Source of the DNA: Selaginella moellendorffii
Taxonomy: Eukaryota > Plantae > Lycopodiophyta
Assembly: GCF_000143415.4 (NCBI RefSeq)
Contig: NW_003314262.1
Coordinates: 1,167,960 to 1,231,959, forward strand
Direction of reading: 5' to 3'
Length of the DNA stretch: 64,000 bases
Positions 24,537 to 37,816 of the stretch are shown piece after piece. The notes beneath the pieces were generated by a model, which did no database searches, had not been told where the DNA came from, and saw nothing but the letters and a program-made list of their open reading frames with translations. The translations under genes and the position numbers were made by a program. How positions within the stretch are numbered: position 1 is the stretch's first letter; each line of letters begins with the position of its first letter.

Positions 24537-24979
24537 TTATACAATCCTTTCATCACTGGCTCGCTCGATTGCTCGTGAGCGCGCCGCCGATTGTGACATA
24601 GATTCTCTCGCGCGGACTTCCACTTCCTCCTGCGCCATCGATTGGTTACGAAAGGATCTTCTTGGAATTGGAAATCCTCTACCTGGAATTGCCGGATCTC
24701 CTTTTGCTGCTGTGCTTGCTGGCGCCCTAGCTGGCTGAGAAGCTCGCCCACAGCGCTGGTCACGCGCTCGTTCACGGCATCCGCGAATGCCTTGCCCAGG
24801 AAGAAGGCATTGAGAATCTCGCGGCTCTCCTCCTCCGGCTCCTTGCCTGCGCGAGATATGGGCAAATTCTTCTTACCACCGGCAGCTCGGCAGGAAAATC
24901 TTCGCGGTGCGCGCCTCGTTGGCATCCGGCCGCCAGGAATCGGCGGCGAGCAGCCAAGGAAGCTCGCCAGAGCCGCCAT
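24537..24979 (-). CDS. Small conserved plastid-targeted protein of unknown function (At4g13200-like), 2 exons
   Basis: Transit-peptide-like N-terminus. ILNAFFLGKAFADAVNERV...IRQFQ|EEV matches my recollection of this family. Confidence 0.72.
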
Positions 24980-25035
24980 AGCCACCACTGGTCGCCAAAA
25001 AATAGGGCTCCGAATGGATTAGGGAGGAGGAAGTG

Positions 25036-26627
<1,592 letters not shown>

Positions 26628-26721
26628 TGATCTTCTTTTTTTTTTCTCGGGAATGTACTCACTTTTCCAAGTCACGTACCGATCTCTATAAGTTGATTAT
26701 TTACACAGCCAAATCGAGGAG

Positions 26722-29700
26722 CTACCATCCGCCTCCGCCACCCGAGCTCCCCCCCCATCCATCATCAGTTTGTTGCTGTTGCTGCTGTTGCCCCCATCCA
26801 TTGTCATGGTGTTGTGGCTGTTGTTGTTGAGCTCCCCAGTTACCACCCTTCGACCAGGATGACCAGTGATCTGGAAACCAAGACGAGAAAGCTGAGAACA
26901 AACGAGCAGCTACACTATATCTTAAAACTTACCTCCGCCAGCAGGAACAGCAGCAGCGGCAGCAGCTCCTTTATCTCGATCGCGATCCCATCCGCCTCGT
27001 CTATCTTGATCCCATCCACCGCCGCTTCTTCCATAGCCACCACCACCACCACCACCACCTTGAGAGTTGTCCCATCCCCCTCTCGAAGAGCCACCACCTC
27101 TGTTGTCTGTCCAGCCTCTGCTGCCAGCTTTTCTGGGGTCGCCAGACGGTACCATAGCAGCGGCAGCACGCCGTGGAGGAGCCTCGGGCACGGGATCATT
27201 GATGTGCTTCTGGAAGTATGCCACCAGCTTGTCTGGAGTGTCCAAGTATCTGTGCCTGAACCGGAAGCCTTTGGGAGAAACGCTGACATACTCGTGGTGG
27301 ACGTTGATGCTCTTGAGGTAGGACAGAGTGAAGACTCCTGGGTGCTCGTAGCACACCGAGAAGTAGTATGGTATGCGAGCCGGGTTTGCTTCCTTCTCAG
27401 CTCGCAAGATGTTGTCTACTTCCTCCTTCGTCCCCTGCTTAAACTTCCGATAGCGAAACATTTCTCGCCAGTGGCCAACCAGAGGATCGACATAGCGAGC
27501 AATAACCTGCATGCAGTAAGAGCTAGTTTTTAGCATCAACAAAGGGAAACAAACACCACGACGCACCTCGTCCAGGTCTTCAAACGTATCTTCTCCGATC
27601 TTGAGCGTTTTCCCAAGGCGGAGGAGACTTGTCATGCTGCTCACGTCCTTACCACCTTCAACTATCTCTATGTGAGTGAACACATTAGGATAGAACTTCA
27701 GCGTCATTGACAAGTGAGACGGTCCTTTGCTACTGGGGCGAATGATCCCGTCGCCAATCTCTTTGTCAGCCAGTGACTGCAAAAGCACACAAAAAAGAAA
27801 AGGTTAGCGACTTGGATCCAATTAGCAAACTGTTTGAAATGCGCACCTGCGTGGCCTCTAGCAGCGATATATTTCGAAACTGGGGATGGACAATCATCCG
27901 GGCCTTAAATGTCTTGTGCTTCTGTTCCTCGACTTTCTTCCTTGCTTTCTCTTCTTCATCCTGGAAGAAAGTCGGGTTCACCTGATAGTAGCGATCTCTT
28001 GGCCGCCCCGGTATCCAGTGATCTCCTCTTAAATCACTTCCCTTGCTCGTTAAATCCAATAGAAACTTGGCTTTGTGAACCTCTTTGATCCTGCAGGTGA
28101 GTATACTACCTTCGGCCACCTTGTCGGCCGGATCAACGTCCCGGTCATCTGACAAGTCCTCCCTCCTGATAAATCCTATCAGCCCCGATTCCAGAACCAC
28201 CATCACCTTGTTCTGCTGCACTTTCCGCACGGTCGCTTGGATGATTCTCCCTTCACACAAAGTCTCTTCGCTTTCTTGCGAAAGCATATAGAAGACTTCG
28301 TCGGGCTCGGGGCTCATGTACTTGACACGCCAGTCCTGGTAGCCATGTTGGAGTTCACGTTTAATATCCATCAGCGTCTCCAGCTTCTTCCCAGAGACCC
28401 CCCTCTCTTGAACAACTTTGGCATACTCCTCGATAACCAGGTTCCGTAAAACCCGGGGATGGTCTCGAACATGCTCCACAGCCAGCTCAAGTGCTTCTTC
28501 GTCTGCTGTCTCTCCATGTTCTTCGCAGTAAGCATCTTCTGCCATCTTCTTGGCGAGGTCGTACGACTCAGGATGGATTCTCGTGTCCTCCAGAGGATCA
28601 AGGGTCCCAGAAGGAACTTGACCAGAGCCCCGGATCCTGATGAAACCAGCGGCATTGATGAAAACGTTCCGCTTCATCAGCTCTAGCGAGGTAAGCATCT
28701 CCTTCCGTGAGCTCACCCGCCCGGCACCCTGAATAGCGCGTTTGATGTAAGCGGCCTTCCTTGGTCCAAGACCAGCCACAAACTGCAGCGGTGCGAAAAG
28801 CCAATCGTGTGACGCAGCCATATTCACGTCCACCCCAACTTGATTTGTGACCGTCACCATCACCCTCTCCACTGCTTCATACAGCTCGTCAGGAGTGAGA
28901 AAGTTTTGAAGAGGATGTAGCTTCAAAGACAAAATCTCCCTGGAAGGGCCACACAAGGATGACACTACTGCCAGCGGGTTCTGGAGATAGCGGCCTAGAG
29001 CAACAGCACGCCTCACAATTCCTGAAACAGTACGAGGTACACGAAATTAGAAATCAACATCCGACAAAACGTTTTCTATACAAACCTGGCTGCTGCTGAA
29101 GCTGCTCTTCGGACACGCGAGAATACTCGTAAAGCCGAGGAATGGTCTCGTCACCATAAACCAGCGGTATCATATCTATGCCGTCCGCAAGGTCACGCGG
29201 ATGCTCTTCTACAATCTTAAAAATCACTTGCTGCAAAAGTTCACACTGTTAGTGACGCGGACACACTAAATCTAACCACAATACCTCAAAAATGTCGTCC
29301 TTCAGGAAGCGGCAACTCATATTGGCTGCTCCAAGAACCACCACATGTGGCTGGTGCTCCGTCATGAACTGCAATAGACGTTGCTGATCATTTTTCTTTC
29401 TTTGCTGCTGCTCATAGCTCCCAGTTCGGACAGTCAAATAACCGGCATGAAGAGTGTCGATTATTTCACCAGCCGAATCGAGCATAACAAAAGCCGTAGC
29501 AGGCTTTCCCGGTCCCCAACAGCATGCCAATACACGTGCGCCTTCTTCATCTCGGTCGTCTTGTTCACCTGGCCGTGGATATGGAGCAACAGATATCCAT
29601 TTCCAAAGCTGATCCGCGCAGTTCGTAGCCACCCACTGTTTAGCTCTGCCCGTCAAAACCACCCTCGTCTCCCTTTCCATAGACGGAAGTAAAAATGTTG

Positions 29701-32328
29701 AAACCGCATCCCTGAGAATCTGTTTCCGCTGCTCATTCCACAGCTGAGCTGTTATACTGACCCCATCACTTAGATACAACGGCTCAAACTCTTGAAAGAG
29801 TGTAGCAGTTGCATCCTTCGGTATCCCAATGCTGACCTCCAAAAGTTTTTCCTCTTCAGCCTTTTGTATCAACAACCACTGTCCATCTTCAAAAGCTTTT
29901 ACTGGTTTGTTCAGAAGCCATTTAACGTCCGCATATTGATGGAAGGGATCTATAACTCGATTTCCCTCGACCGTGGGCTTTGTGGTCACAACAGCTCTGT
30001 CCATGTAAAAGTTCCTTATATATTCACGTGCAGCGGGCTCGGCACTTATCTCCACGGCTGCCTGAAGAAAGTAACACAAGGTGAGACAAGCCGTCGTTAT
30101 AGACATTCTTACCATGTGCCTTGCTCCACGAAGCACAGATTGAATATCGGAGAATTCTCCTGCTAGACGGGTAGCAGCGATTTCATCGGGCGTGGAAGTA
30201 GCATCATCAAACTCGTGTTTCTGCATAATTTGTAAGAGGGTATGTAAAAAGATGGTTTAAGTGATGCAACAACTACCACTTTACCTTGTACATGTTCAGA
30301 AGATTGTCTCCAAACAGGTCTGGACTCAAACCGAAAAACTGGGTAACGCTTCCCAGACCATGTTTGCGGCAGACACTGTAGAAGGAACGACGTTTTGGCC
30401 GTCGAAACTTCCCTTCCTCGACCTCAACTTCATCGGGTGGACAGTAGAGATTAAACTTTGCGTCGATGTCGTCAACACATTGCTCGGACGGCGCGTCCAT
30501 AAGAGACTCGAGTATCCTACTAAGAAACTCGGCGTTCTGATCACCAGCACGCTTTACATAAGCATCTTTAAGGGCCGACTTTCGTCGCTGAAGTAGCAAC
30601 CATTTCTTATCCCAATACTGTACTATCCAAAGCACCTGAAAGAAATAAAAAACATTCACGAGTGTGTTGTGGCCAGAATATAACGTACTTTATAATGCCG
30701 AAGAGTTGGTCTTGCTTCGTCCCCATCTGCGTCTATTGACTCTTGTTCCTCATAGATAAGATCTTTGCACATCTCCTTACGATACATCCCTATGAAAGGG
30801 ACCTATTCTTGAGAGCATTAGGGACGAAAGAATGTGAAAACGAAGAGTAGTTACCTCTACTTCATGAAGCAGCTGTATGACGTTTGCTATTTGCTTGATC
30901 ACCTCTACCTTGTCGGTATTTACAACATGTTGTAACTCCGGCCTCTGATCAGGAAGAGCAAACTTGCCAAATGCCCGTTCGTAAACCCATTCTGCCTCCC
31001 TAGCAATCTCCGCTTGTGGAAGTGGGAGGATAATTTCAGCCATGGGCTGCACGAAAGAAAAAACAATCTAGTGTAAGACAACTGGAAACTTCGAAGAGAA
31101 TGTTACCTGAAGCCTTTCAGCAATGTCCGTTTCACGAATTCGGTCGTCATTTTCTGTCATGTACTTCTCTTCCAAAACACTCGGCTCAAATTCCTTCGCA
31201 AGTCTTCCTCGACCAGCATCATCCTCGTCATGGGCACCTTCTTCTCTTTCTGCTTCGGAAACACGTATGCGCCGGTCCTCCAGCAGTTGCGACACATCAC
31301 CAAAAATTTCCTGAGCCTCCTGAAGGGCACTTGATGATATTCCTGGTGCTTGCCGGGAATACTTCTTCTTTTTGGGCCTCTTAGTTCTGTACACACGATG
31401 TTAAAACCTTGCTAGCACTTCAAAGGCGTAAGCAGACCTCAGAAGCTGACCATTCTCGTCTGTCTCGTCTTCATCAACGATAAAGTCAGCCATTTCGTCC
31501 TCTTCGCCAAGGTCATCCTCCCCTTGCTCTTCTTCAGCAACATCTTCAGGAGCGACACCTGACCAAGCACCCCCTAAGTTCACAGGAACATGTGTAAAAG
31601 CTCTACCTTCGTCATCACCAAAAAGCGTGTACTTAAGGGCCTCTTCAGCTGTGCGCCCTCGCCTTCCTCCTTCCTCGTCCTCCTCTTCATCAGAAAGGCC
31701 GACAGCACCTCCCTCTGTTCTCGCTTTCTTAAGTCTCTTAAACTTTTTATTTTCCTGCCAAAAAGCCTTCATCAACAAACAAGCAAAGAGAAAAAAAAAA
31801 AACTCGCAAACACACCGACTGGGAAGGCCTCTTAAACCGGACGCTTGCCTCCTCCAGGAGATCGTAATCGTCTTCATCCAGTTGATCATTGTGCTCTCTA
31901 GAGGCACAAGCACGGCTTGAAAACTACATTCGAAGACACAAAGCAAACTCAAACCTCTTCTTTCGTTTCTTCTTCTTGACTCGCTCTTCCTCGTCAGTCG
32001 CTTGCCGGGCATCATCCTCTGCTTCCTCCGGTTCCTCTTCCTCCTCCTCATCTCCATCGATTATAAAATCATCCTTCTCGTATTCATCCTGTCCCTCTGC
32101 GAATTTCTCCGAGAATTGAACCAAAACCCGAAAATGCAAGCCGCAAATCGCCTACCTTCCTCGTCTTCGTCATCATCGTCCAATCTCTCGGGCGCTTCCT
32201 CTTCTTCTTCTTCTCCCTCGTCGTCCCGCTCGTAATCATCGTCTACACACACCCCAGCGGCTCTAGGAGACCAAAGAGAGGAGGAAGAAAGAAGGAGCGC
32301 GCTGCTACATACCTTCCCGGACGCCCAT
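26722..32328 (-). CDS. SPT6: Transcription elongation factor SPT6 (SPT6L type with GW/WG tail), multi-exon
   Basis: Acidic N-terminus (MADFIVDE), YqgF-like VLACCWG, ALGRYLQNPL, HhH GLGPRKA, DTRIHPESY, S1 and tandem SH2 regions, Gly-rich GW repeats. The tiny first exon (ATG 32328) is inferred. Confidence 0.95.
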
Positions 32329-32431
32329 TGCTCTGCCACTGCCCTAACCTAAACCCTGCTAAGGGCTTTTATATAGTGAAAGTTTTGTTTTAATTAAACA
32401 CCCATTACTTTGTTAACTAATCACTTCTCTA

Positions 32432-32914
32432 TCACCTCACAGGGATTTTGATCCAGCCATTGGCAAATCCCAGCGCCAGGATAACGAAGGGAGTGGAGAA
32501 GCCAAATATGACGATGTATGGCAACAGCGTCGACATTGGCCCTCTACCTTCACGCTCGGCGGCCGATTGCCAGTACCTATAGAGATCGATCAAAGCAAAA
32601 ACACTCTCACTTCTTTGCAAGAATCCAAAAGGAAATCACTCACTCTTCCGGTTCCTCTTCCTTGGTTATGAACTTTCTCTTCTCCTTGCTGCTGCTTCCT
32701 CCATCGCCCCCTGCCGAAGTTAATGAATTCACGCACAGCCCAAGAAGCAATCCATACCGAAGAGAGCGCAGGTCCCTCGCCATGACTTGCCAGGCGAATG
32801 TAGCTTCTTGTCCAGTGTTGGAGACGCTAGCAGCAGCAGCTTCAAGCGCGGCTTCGTCGTAAGCAGACGCGATACCACCGGAAGAGGAGCCACCGCGAGC
32901 CAAGCAGCAGCCAT
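32432..32914 (-). CDS. Small conserved plastid membrane protein of unknown function, 3 exons
   Basis: Transit peptide, then KFITKEEEPEE|YWQSAAEREG..PMSTLLPYIVIFGFSTPFVILALGFANGWIK with one TM helix. The model needs a GC-AG intron at 32790-32711. Confidence 0.78.
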
Positions 32915-33017
32915 GGACGAAACTCTGAGAGCTCAATCCACTCGACTGTCTCTTTCGCTCAGCCTCGACTCGTCTCTGTTTAGTAGCAAAGACGAGCTTT
33001 GTTTTTGTTGTGGCTTT

Positions 33018-35147
33018 TTATGTCGTCGCCACAAGTTCCTTGTAGCCCCTGAAGATATCCCGTGCCTCGGGGTGGCAATCCAGAAACATGTCCTCGAACA
33101 CTTGGCGGCGCATATGCAGGTAGCAAGGCGGGTAGTCCTGCTTGATGATGTGCTTGGCTTTGAGCCATGCAACCAGCCTGTGCCGCGGCTTCACCCTGTC
33201 CTCCAAGTCGTAGCCGAAAAACTGCGGGAACTTGAGCAGCTCGTCCATGTCGAGCTGCATGTCCTTGAGCAGATACTCAGTGGTGGCCATCACGCGCTGG
33301 TCATCCCTGTACAGCAGCGGCATCCGGACCTGGACCAGCGTCTTGAGTTGCTTCTCCGTGATTCCCAATCGCCTCAGCCGCTCCAGCCGAGATTCTATGA
33401 AACCGATGGGAACGGCCATCGCATAGACGAGTATCTCGTTGAAGGCATCGCTGTGCCTCCGGAATCCCAGCTCCTCGAAGTACTTGACTTTCTCGTCCAC
33501 GAACTCAACGCTCTCGCCCAGCACCGACGGCCGTCGACGGAGGAACGCTGCCAGTCCCCGGGTGGTGAAGCCCAAGCTCGACTTGAAATACTCGATCACG
33601 GGCTTCACTTGCGTGTTGATGTCGTAGTTCATGATGGCCGGATGCTTGGTGAGCATGGTAGCCAAGTCGTGCTGCTCCACCCGAAGGCTCTTGTAGAACG
33701 CAAGCCGGGTTTTGACTTCATCGAGCTTGAGTCCCATGAACTCCGGATACACGTACATGATGTCCGCCAGCTGCGACGACTTCACCCCCAGGAAGAGCAA
33801 GAAGTTGGCCTTGCGACGCAGGCAAGTGCTTACCATGTCGCTCAGCAGCTGCGGGCATTTGCACAGCAGAGCACCAACGCTCTTGCGACGAAAACCGAGG
33901 CCGTCCAGAAACTCCACCTTGGGGATGATGTTGCTCTCGAGGCTGTAAGCCAGCACCCGGGGATTCTTGAGTATGATCCTCTTGGCGTGAGCGCGCTGGA
34001 CGCCGATTCCCTTGAGATACTCCACCTTGTTGATGACGCTCTTGTCCAGGTTGAGCACCAGCAAGCGTGGAAACCTGGTCACCAGCGAGAGCAACTCGTC
34101 GTCCTCCAGCAGCAGCACCGTCTTGAAGTACTTCACAATCTGCGTCAACTTTGCGATGTTGCAGCCGACCAGAACAGCCGGATCATCGCGCACCATCTTG
34201 ATCGCCGCCTCCTTGGACGCGCCAACTTGCTGCTGGATCGCCACCACCAGCGCCTCGGCATTCACCTGGCTCAGAACCTCCACCCGCGTGGGAGCATCCG
34301 TGATGATCTTGCCAATCACCGTCTTCGCGACACCGAGTCTCTCTAGCTGCTGGATCACCGGTCTCAGCTCCTCTTCCAGCTCCACGCGGAAAGCCCAGGG
34401 ACAATGGTACACGGCCTCTCCCAGCTCCCTGGGGCCTAACCCGAGCTCGGAGAGGATCCCGACCGTGTCCAAGCAGTCTCTCAGACTGTAGTGGAGAATT
34501 TGCCTGTTCCTCTTGAGCAAGTGCCAGAAGTTCCTCTTGGGAATGCCTTTGCCTTCCATGGCCTTGGCAGTGCGGAGCAGTCCCATGTCTCCACAGAGAT
34601 CCACGCGAGGGAAGACAAGGGAGTCATTGGCGCTAGCCATGCCAATGCTCTCCAGGAAAGGCTCCATCTCATCCACACCTTCCTTTTGCATCACCGCTTC
34701 CACCCACGTCCTCACCTGATCGTAGCTGCGCTCTTGCTGCTGCTGCTGCTGATCGCCAGCACCTCGCAAGCGCTGCACCACGGAATTGATGTAGGTTGGA
34801 GCGCCAGTGCTGATGAAGACGGCGTCGTCCAGCGGCACTCCACGCCGGAAGTGGAGATAGTTTTGCAGCGCCATTGCCACGGCCTGGCGGATGCGGCAAT
34901 CGGAAGGTGAAGGGCGCGAGGGCGACGAGGAAGAGGACCATGCGGCACCGGCGCCATACGTGAATCCATACAGCGCCTTGACGTAGTCGCATTTGGAGGC
35001 CACATCGGTGGAGAGAGCGCTGCCGCTGCTGCCGCTGATGATCCCAATGCCGCCGCCGCCGCCGCTACTGCTGCTGCTGCTCTCCACCAGCGAGCACAGA
35101 AAGCGATGGCCGTGGCGGGCAGCGACGACCCTGGCGAATGCGGCCAT
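33018..35147 (-). CDS. mTERF family protein, intronless, 709 aa
   Basis: Repeated P.(V/L)L..S.E..(I/L).PKVEFL..LG motifs; C-terminal FPQFFGYDLEDRVKPRH. Confidence 0.93.
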   Translation of the reverse strand: MAAFARVVAARHGHRFLCSLVESSSSSSGGGGGIGIISGSSGSALSTDVASKCDYVKALYGFTYGAGAAWSSSSSPSRPSPSDCRIRQAVAMALQNYLHFRRGVPLDDAVFISTGAPTYINSVVQRLRGAGDQQQQQQERSYDQVRTWVEAVMQKEGVDEMEPFLESIGMASANDSLVFPRVDLCGDMGLLRTAKAMEGKGIPKRNFWHLLKRNRQILHYSLRDCLDTVGILSELGLGPRELGEAVYHCPWAFRVELEEELRPVIQQLERLGVAKTVIGKIITDAPTRVEVLSQVNAEALVVAIQQQVGASKEAAIKMVRDDPAVLVGCNIAKLTQIVKYFKTVLLLEDDELLSLVTRFPRLLVLNLDKSVINKVEYLKGIGVQRAHAKRIILKNPRVLAYSLESNIIPKVEFLDGLGFRRKSVGALLCKCPQLLSDMVSTCLRRKANFLLFLGVKSSQLADIMYVYPEFMGLKLDEVKTRLAFYKSLRVEQHDLATMLTKHPAIMNYDINTQVKPVIEYFKSSLGFTTRGLAAFLRRRPSVLGESVEFVDEKVKYFEELGFRRHSDAFNEILVYAMAVPIGFIESRLERLRRLGITEKQLKTLVQVRMPLLYRDDQRVMATTEYLLKDMQLDMDELLKFPQFFGYDLEDRVKPRHRLVAWLKAKHIIKQDYPPCYLHMRRQVFEDMFLDCHPEARDIFRGYKELVATT

Positions 35148-35291
35148 TCCCTCTCACCCCATTCTTCTAGAACCCTAAAACCCTAGATTCGATGTAAGCA
35201 TTTTTCTTAATCTCATTTGACCATAAATTTGACATTTTACAATTTGTCTCAAACAAAAGCAAACCAAGAACTAATTCCTGGTGATTCGGAT

Positions 35292-36458
35292 TCATGTCAC
35301 AGCCCTCAGAGACGGTCGATAAACCACTGCTCCACTGTAATCATCCATGAGCTCGGCAGGTATCTGGCTCCAAGTGTTTGCGTTCAGGTCGTAAACCACA
35401 ACTGGATTCTCCTCCGAGAAGCAAACAAGATTGCCATCGGCAGCAGTCTTCACTTGAAACATACGACGATATAATCCCTTCTTTAGAATGCAGATTATAT
35501 GCACAACAGAAACTGTAACCAAGCTGCCATTGTTGTCAACTCTCCATATGCCAAAACCATCCAGTCCTTTATAATCTCTTGCATACACCCAGGCGCTTGC
35601 AAAGTATTGCTGACCATTGTACTCCCATAGCCTCGAGGCACACCGGCCCGGCTGTGGCAAAACGCAGTGGAATTTTCCTTTGAGGCCTGTTGTGAACCTA
35701 AGGCTGGGCACCACACTCCCAACGCTCCACTCGCAGCATCTGATGTCATACACGCGCAAAGTAGTGAGGTTGTAATAGAAGTCGTCCATGCCTGGGAATG
35801 TGGGGGTGTTGCTCCCAAGGTTCATGTTGAGTAGCCCCGCTCTCTTGGTTCTAGCTTTGACGTGAGCTTGCGAGAAGTGCAGCATGCCTAGTGCCGACCA
35901 CACTCGAGTGGCCGAGTCGTACACGTAGCCAGTGTGGCCCGTTGCAGCAGCACCCGAGTGGTGCACGCCCAGCTTGAAGAAACCACTGCCATCGTCCACA
36001 AACATCACAAAGTCGTCGATGGTCGCTGCTTCTTCTGTGTGCTTCCACTGCAGCGCTGGTATCTCCGTCCATTCCCGGGTGAGTGGATTACCGACCAGGA
36101 AATAGTACTCGAGCGCTTGTGGTGGTACAAAAACACGGGGCACGCAGTGGAGGCATACAAGGCCGCCAGCAGAAGCCACGACCTTAGCAAAAGCAAAGGA
36201 TTCCTGCACTGGGGGTAGCTTGAGCTCTCGCCTGTTACCCAACGCTCCAAACGCATAGCAGCGCTCGTGCCCAAAGGAGCTTGTCATGATCCGGGGGGCC
36301 GCTCTGACACCAGCGTTGCGGCACCACAGGTGGCGAAAGGTGTGCGACTTGATGATGGACTTCCATGACTTGCAAACGACCAAGCAACTCGACAGCGTGG
36401 CCAGGTCCACAAAGCTCAAAATCCTCTCCAAAGTATCATCCTGGGTGATGGACTCCAT
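35292..36458 (-). CDS. F-box protein (kelch-like/beta-propeller C-terminus), intronless
   Basis: DDTLERILSFVD...VCKSWKSII F-box; ASAGGLVC, VGNPLTREW. Confidence 0.9.
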   Translation of the reverse strand: MESITQDDTLERILSFVDLATLSSCLVVCKSWKSIIKSHTFRHLWCRNAGVRAAPRIMTSSFGHERCYAFGALGNRRELKLPPVQESFAFAKVVASAGGLVCLHCVPRVFVPPQALEYYFLVGNPLTREWTEIPALQWKHTEEAATIDDFVMFVDDGSGFFKLGVHHSGAAATGHTGYVYDSATRVWSALGMLHFSQAHVKARTKRAGLLNMNLGSNTPTFPGMDDFYYNLTTLRVYDIRCCEWSVGSVVPSLRFTTGLKGKFHCVLPQPGRCASRLWEYNGQQYFASAWVYARDYKGLDGFGIWRVDNNGSLVTVSVVHIICILKKGLYRRMFQVKTAADGNLVCFSEENPVVVYDLNANTWSQIPAELMDDYSGAVVYRPSLRAVT

Positions 36459-36590
36459 CCCTTTGCTTGAAGGCTTAGGATCTAAAAGTTATAAACCCAA
36501 AAGGATTTTTCTTTGAACTTTAAAGGTTTTTTTAAGACTTACAGGGTAACTATTAGGGCGTCAGAGTGTTGTGCTTCCAAAACATTCACA

Positions 36591-37242
36591 ATGGAGAAGC
36601 TCAAGGTCGGCGGGGATCAAGTGGCACGCTTCGCTGGCAGCATGAGCAGGATGCAATCAGGCTTTCCGGGATGGCAACTGTGCGAGGAGGTTGCATCGAG
36701 GCAGATTCACGGGCTCCAGATCCTGACTGCTGTGGGAGTACAGCGACCGTACCTCATGACGACCAGGTCTTTGTTGGCAATGTTGGCGATGCTTATGGTT
36801 ACGTAATGGATATCAGCCAGGAGCATGACTGCAAGTGTCCTGGGGAGCTAGACAGGGTCGTCAAGGCGGGTGGCTAGACGCATAACTGTGGCTGGCAAAG
36901 AAGACGATGCAGATTCGCTCATGGTGACCCGCAGCATTGGAGATTGGTCGTTCAAGAGCAATCTGCAGCTGAGTCAAGCTGTGAGTGCTGTTCCGGACAT
37001 TGTCAACTTTGACATCTCCAAAGGCTGCGACTTCCTCCTTATTCTTGTTTCTGATGGAGTCGATAAAAACAGCATAGACAATTAATTGTGGACAGATTCG
37101 GAAGGCGTTGCAGGTCAGAGACTACGAATAACTGAAGCAGGTCGTCTACAAGATCTTAGCGTCTTCTAAGAACGACGACCAAACGCTGCTCTTGGTCGAG
37201 TTGAAGGCAGTTGCTAGGCAACACGTTCATTCATCGCCTTAA
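36591..37242 (+). pseudogene. Degenerate PP2C phosphatase remnant
   Basis: GSTATV, VFVGNVGD, LMVTRSIGD, LILVSDG and NDDQT motifs lie in different frames with stops and no introns. Confidence 0.75.
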
Positions 37243-37639
37243 TTCACAACGTCTAGTTCGTACACGAATCCGAGCTTGTACCAATGAATTGCGTCTACTG
37301 TCTGTCAAACTCTACACACCAGGATACGGTCAGAGTCGAGAACGATGTGAGATTGTCTCGAACTGTAGTTTGTAAATTCTCGCTTCCAAAGCTTGCGGGC
37401 GAAGGGGCAGATAAAAAACATGGGACTGTCAGCATTTCAAGAAGCCAGGATTATTTCTTTGACCCAGGGGATTTGTGAAAAGTTTAATATTTTCTTACTT
37501 CAAAAGAGCGCCATGACTTCGAGGCGGCAAAGAAGCGAGAAGCTTGTTCCTGACGTTAATACCGGGGTGACGGTACAACATTAGAGATCACGTTTGTCAG
37601 AAAGACAGCAAAGACTTTTTCCCCAAAACAAAAACTCCA

Positions 37640-37800
37640 AATACATCCGTGAAGAGAGCGCTCAATCGTCCCAATGCCGCCGCTGCTGCTGCTGCTAGCA
37701 CAGGAAGCGTGGCGAGCCCTGGCACTAGAACCCAAAAACACTAAAACCATCTCCTCATTCACTATATCATTTGACCGCCTTTAGAATCGGTCTCAAACTT
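37640..37800 (-). pseudogene. Eroded duplicate of the mTERF 5' end and promoter
   Basis: Blocks GAGAGCGCT, TCCCAATGCCGCCG, CTGCTGCTG, AGCACAG.AAGCG, CTAGAACCC, TCATTTGACC and GTCTCAAAC occur in the same order as at 35001-35255. Confidence 0.75.
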
Positions 37801-37816
37801 GCGTCAGAATTGGTAT

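Noticed and set aside
32432-32620. NdhL/PAM68 assignment for the small TM protein
   Set aside because: Motifs do not match what I recall for those families; left unnamed.
32787-34346. 519-aa ORF antisense to mTERF
   Set aside because: Expected shadow of a high-GC3 intronless gene; no recognisable protein features.
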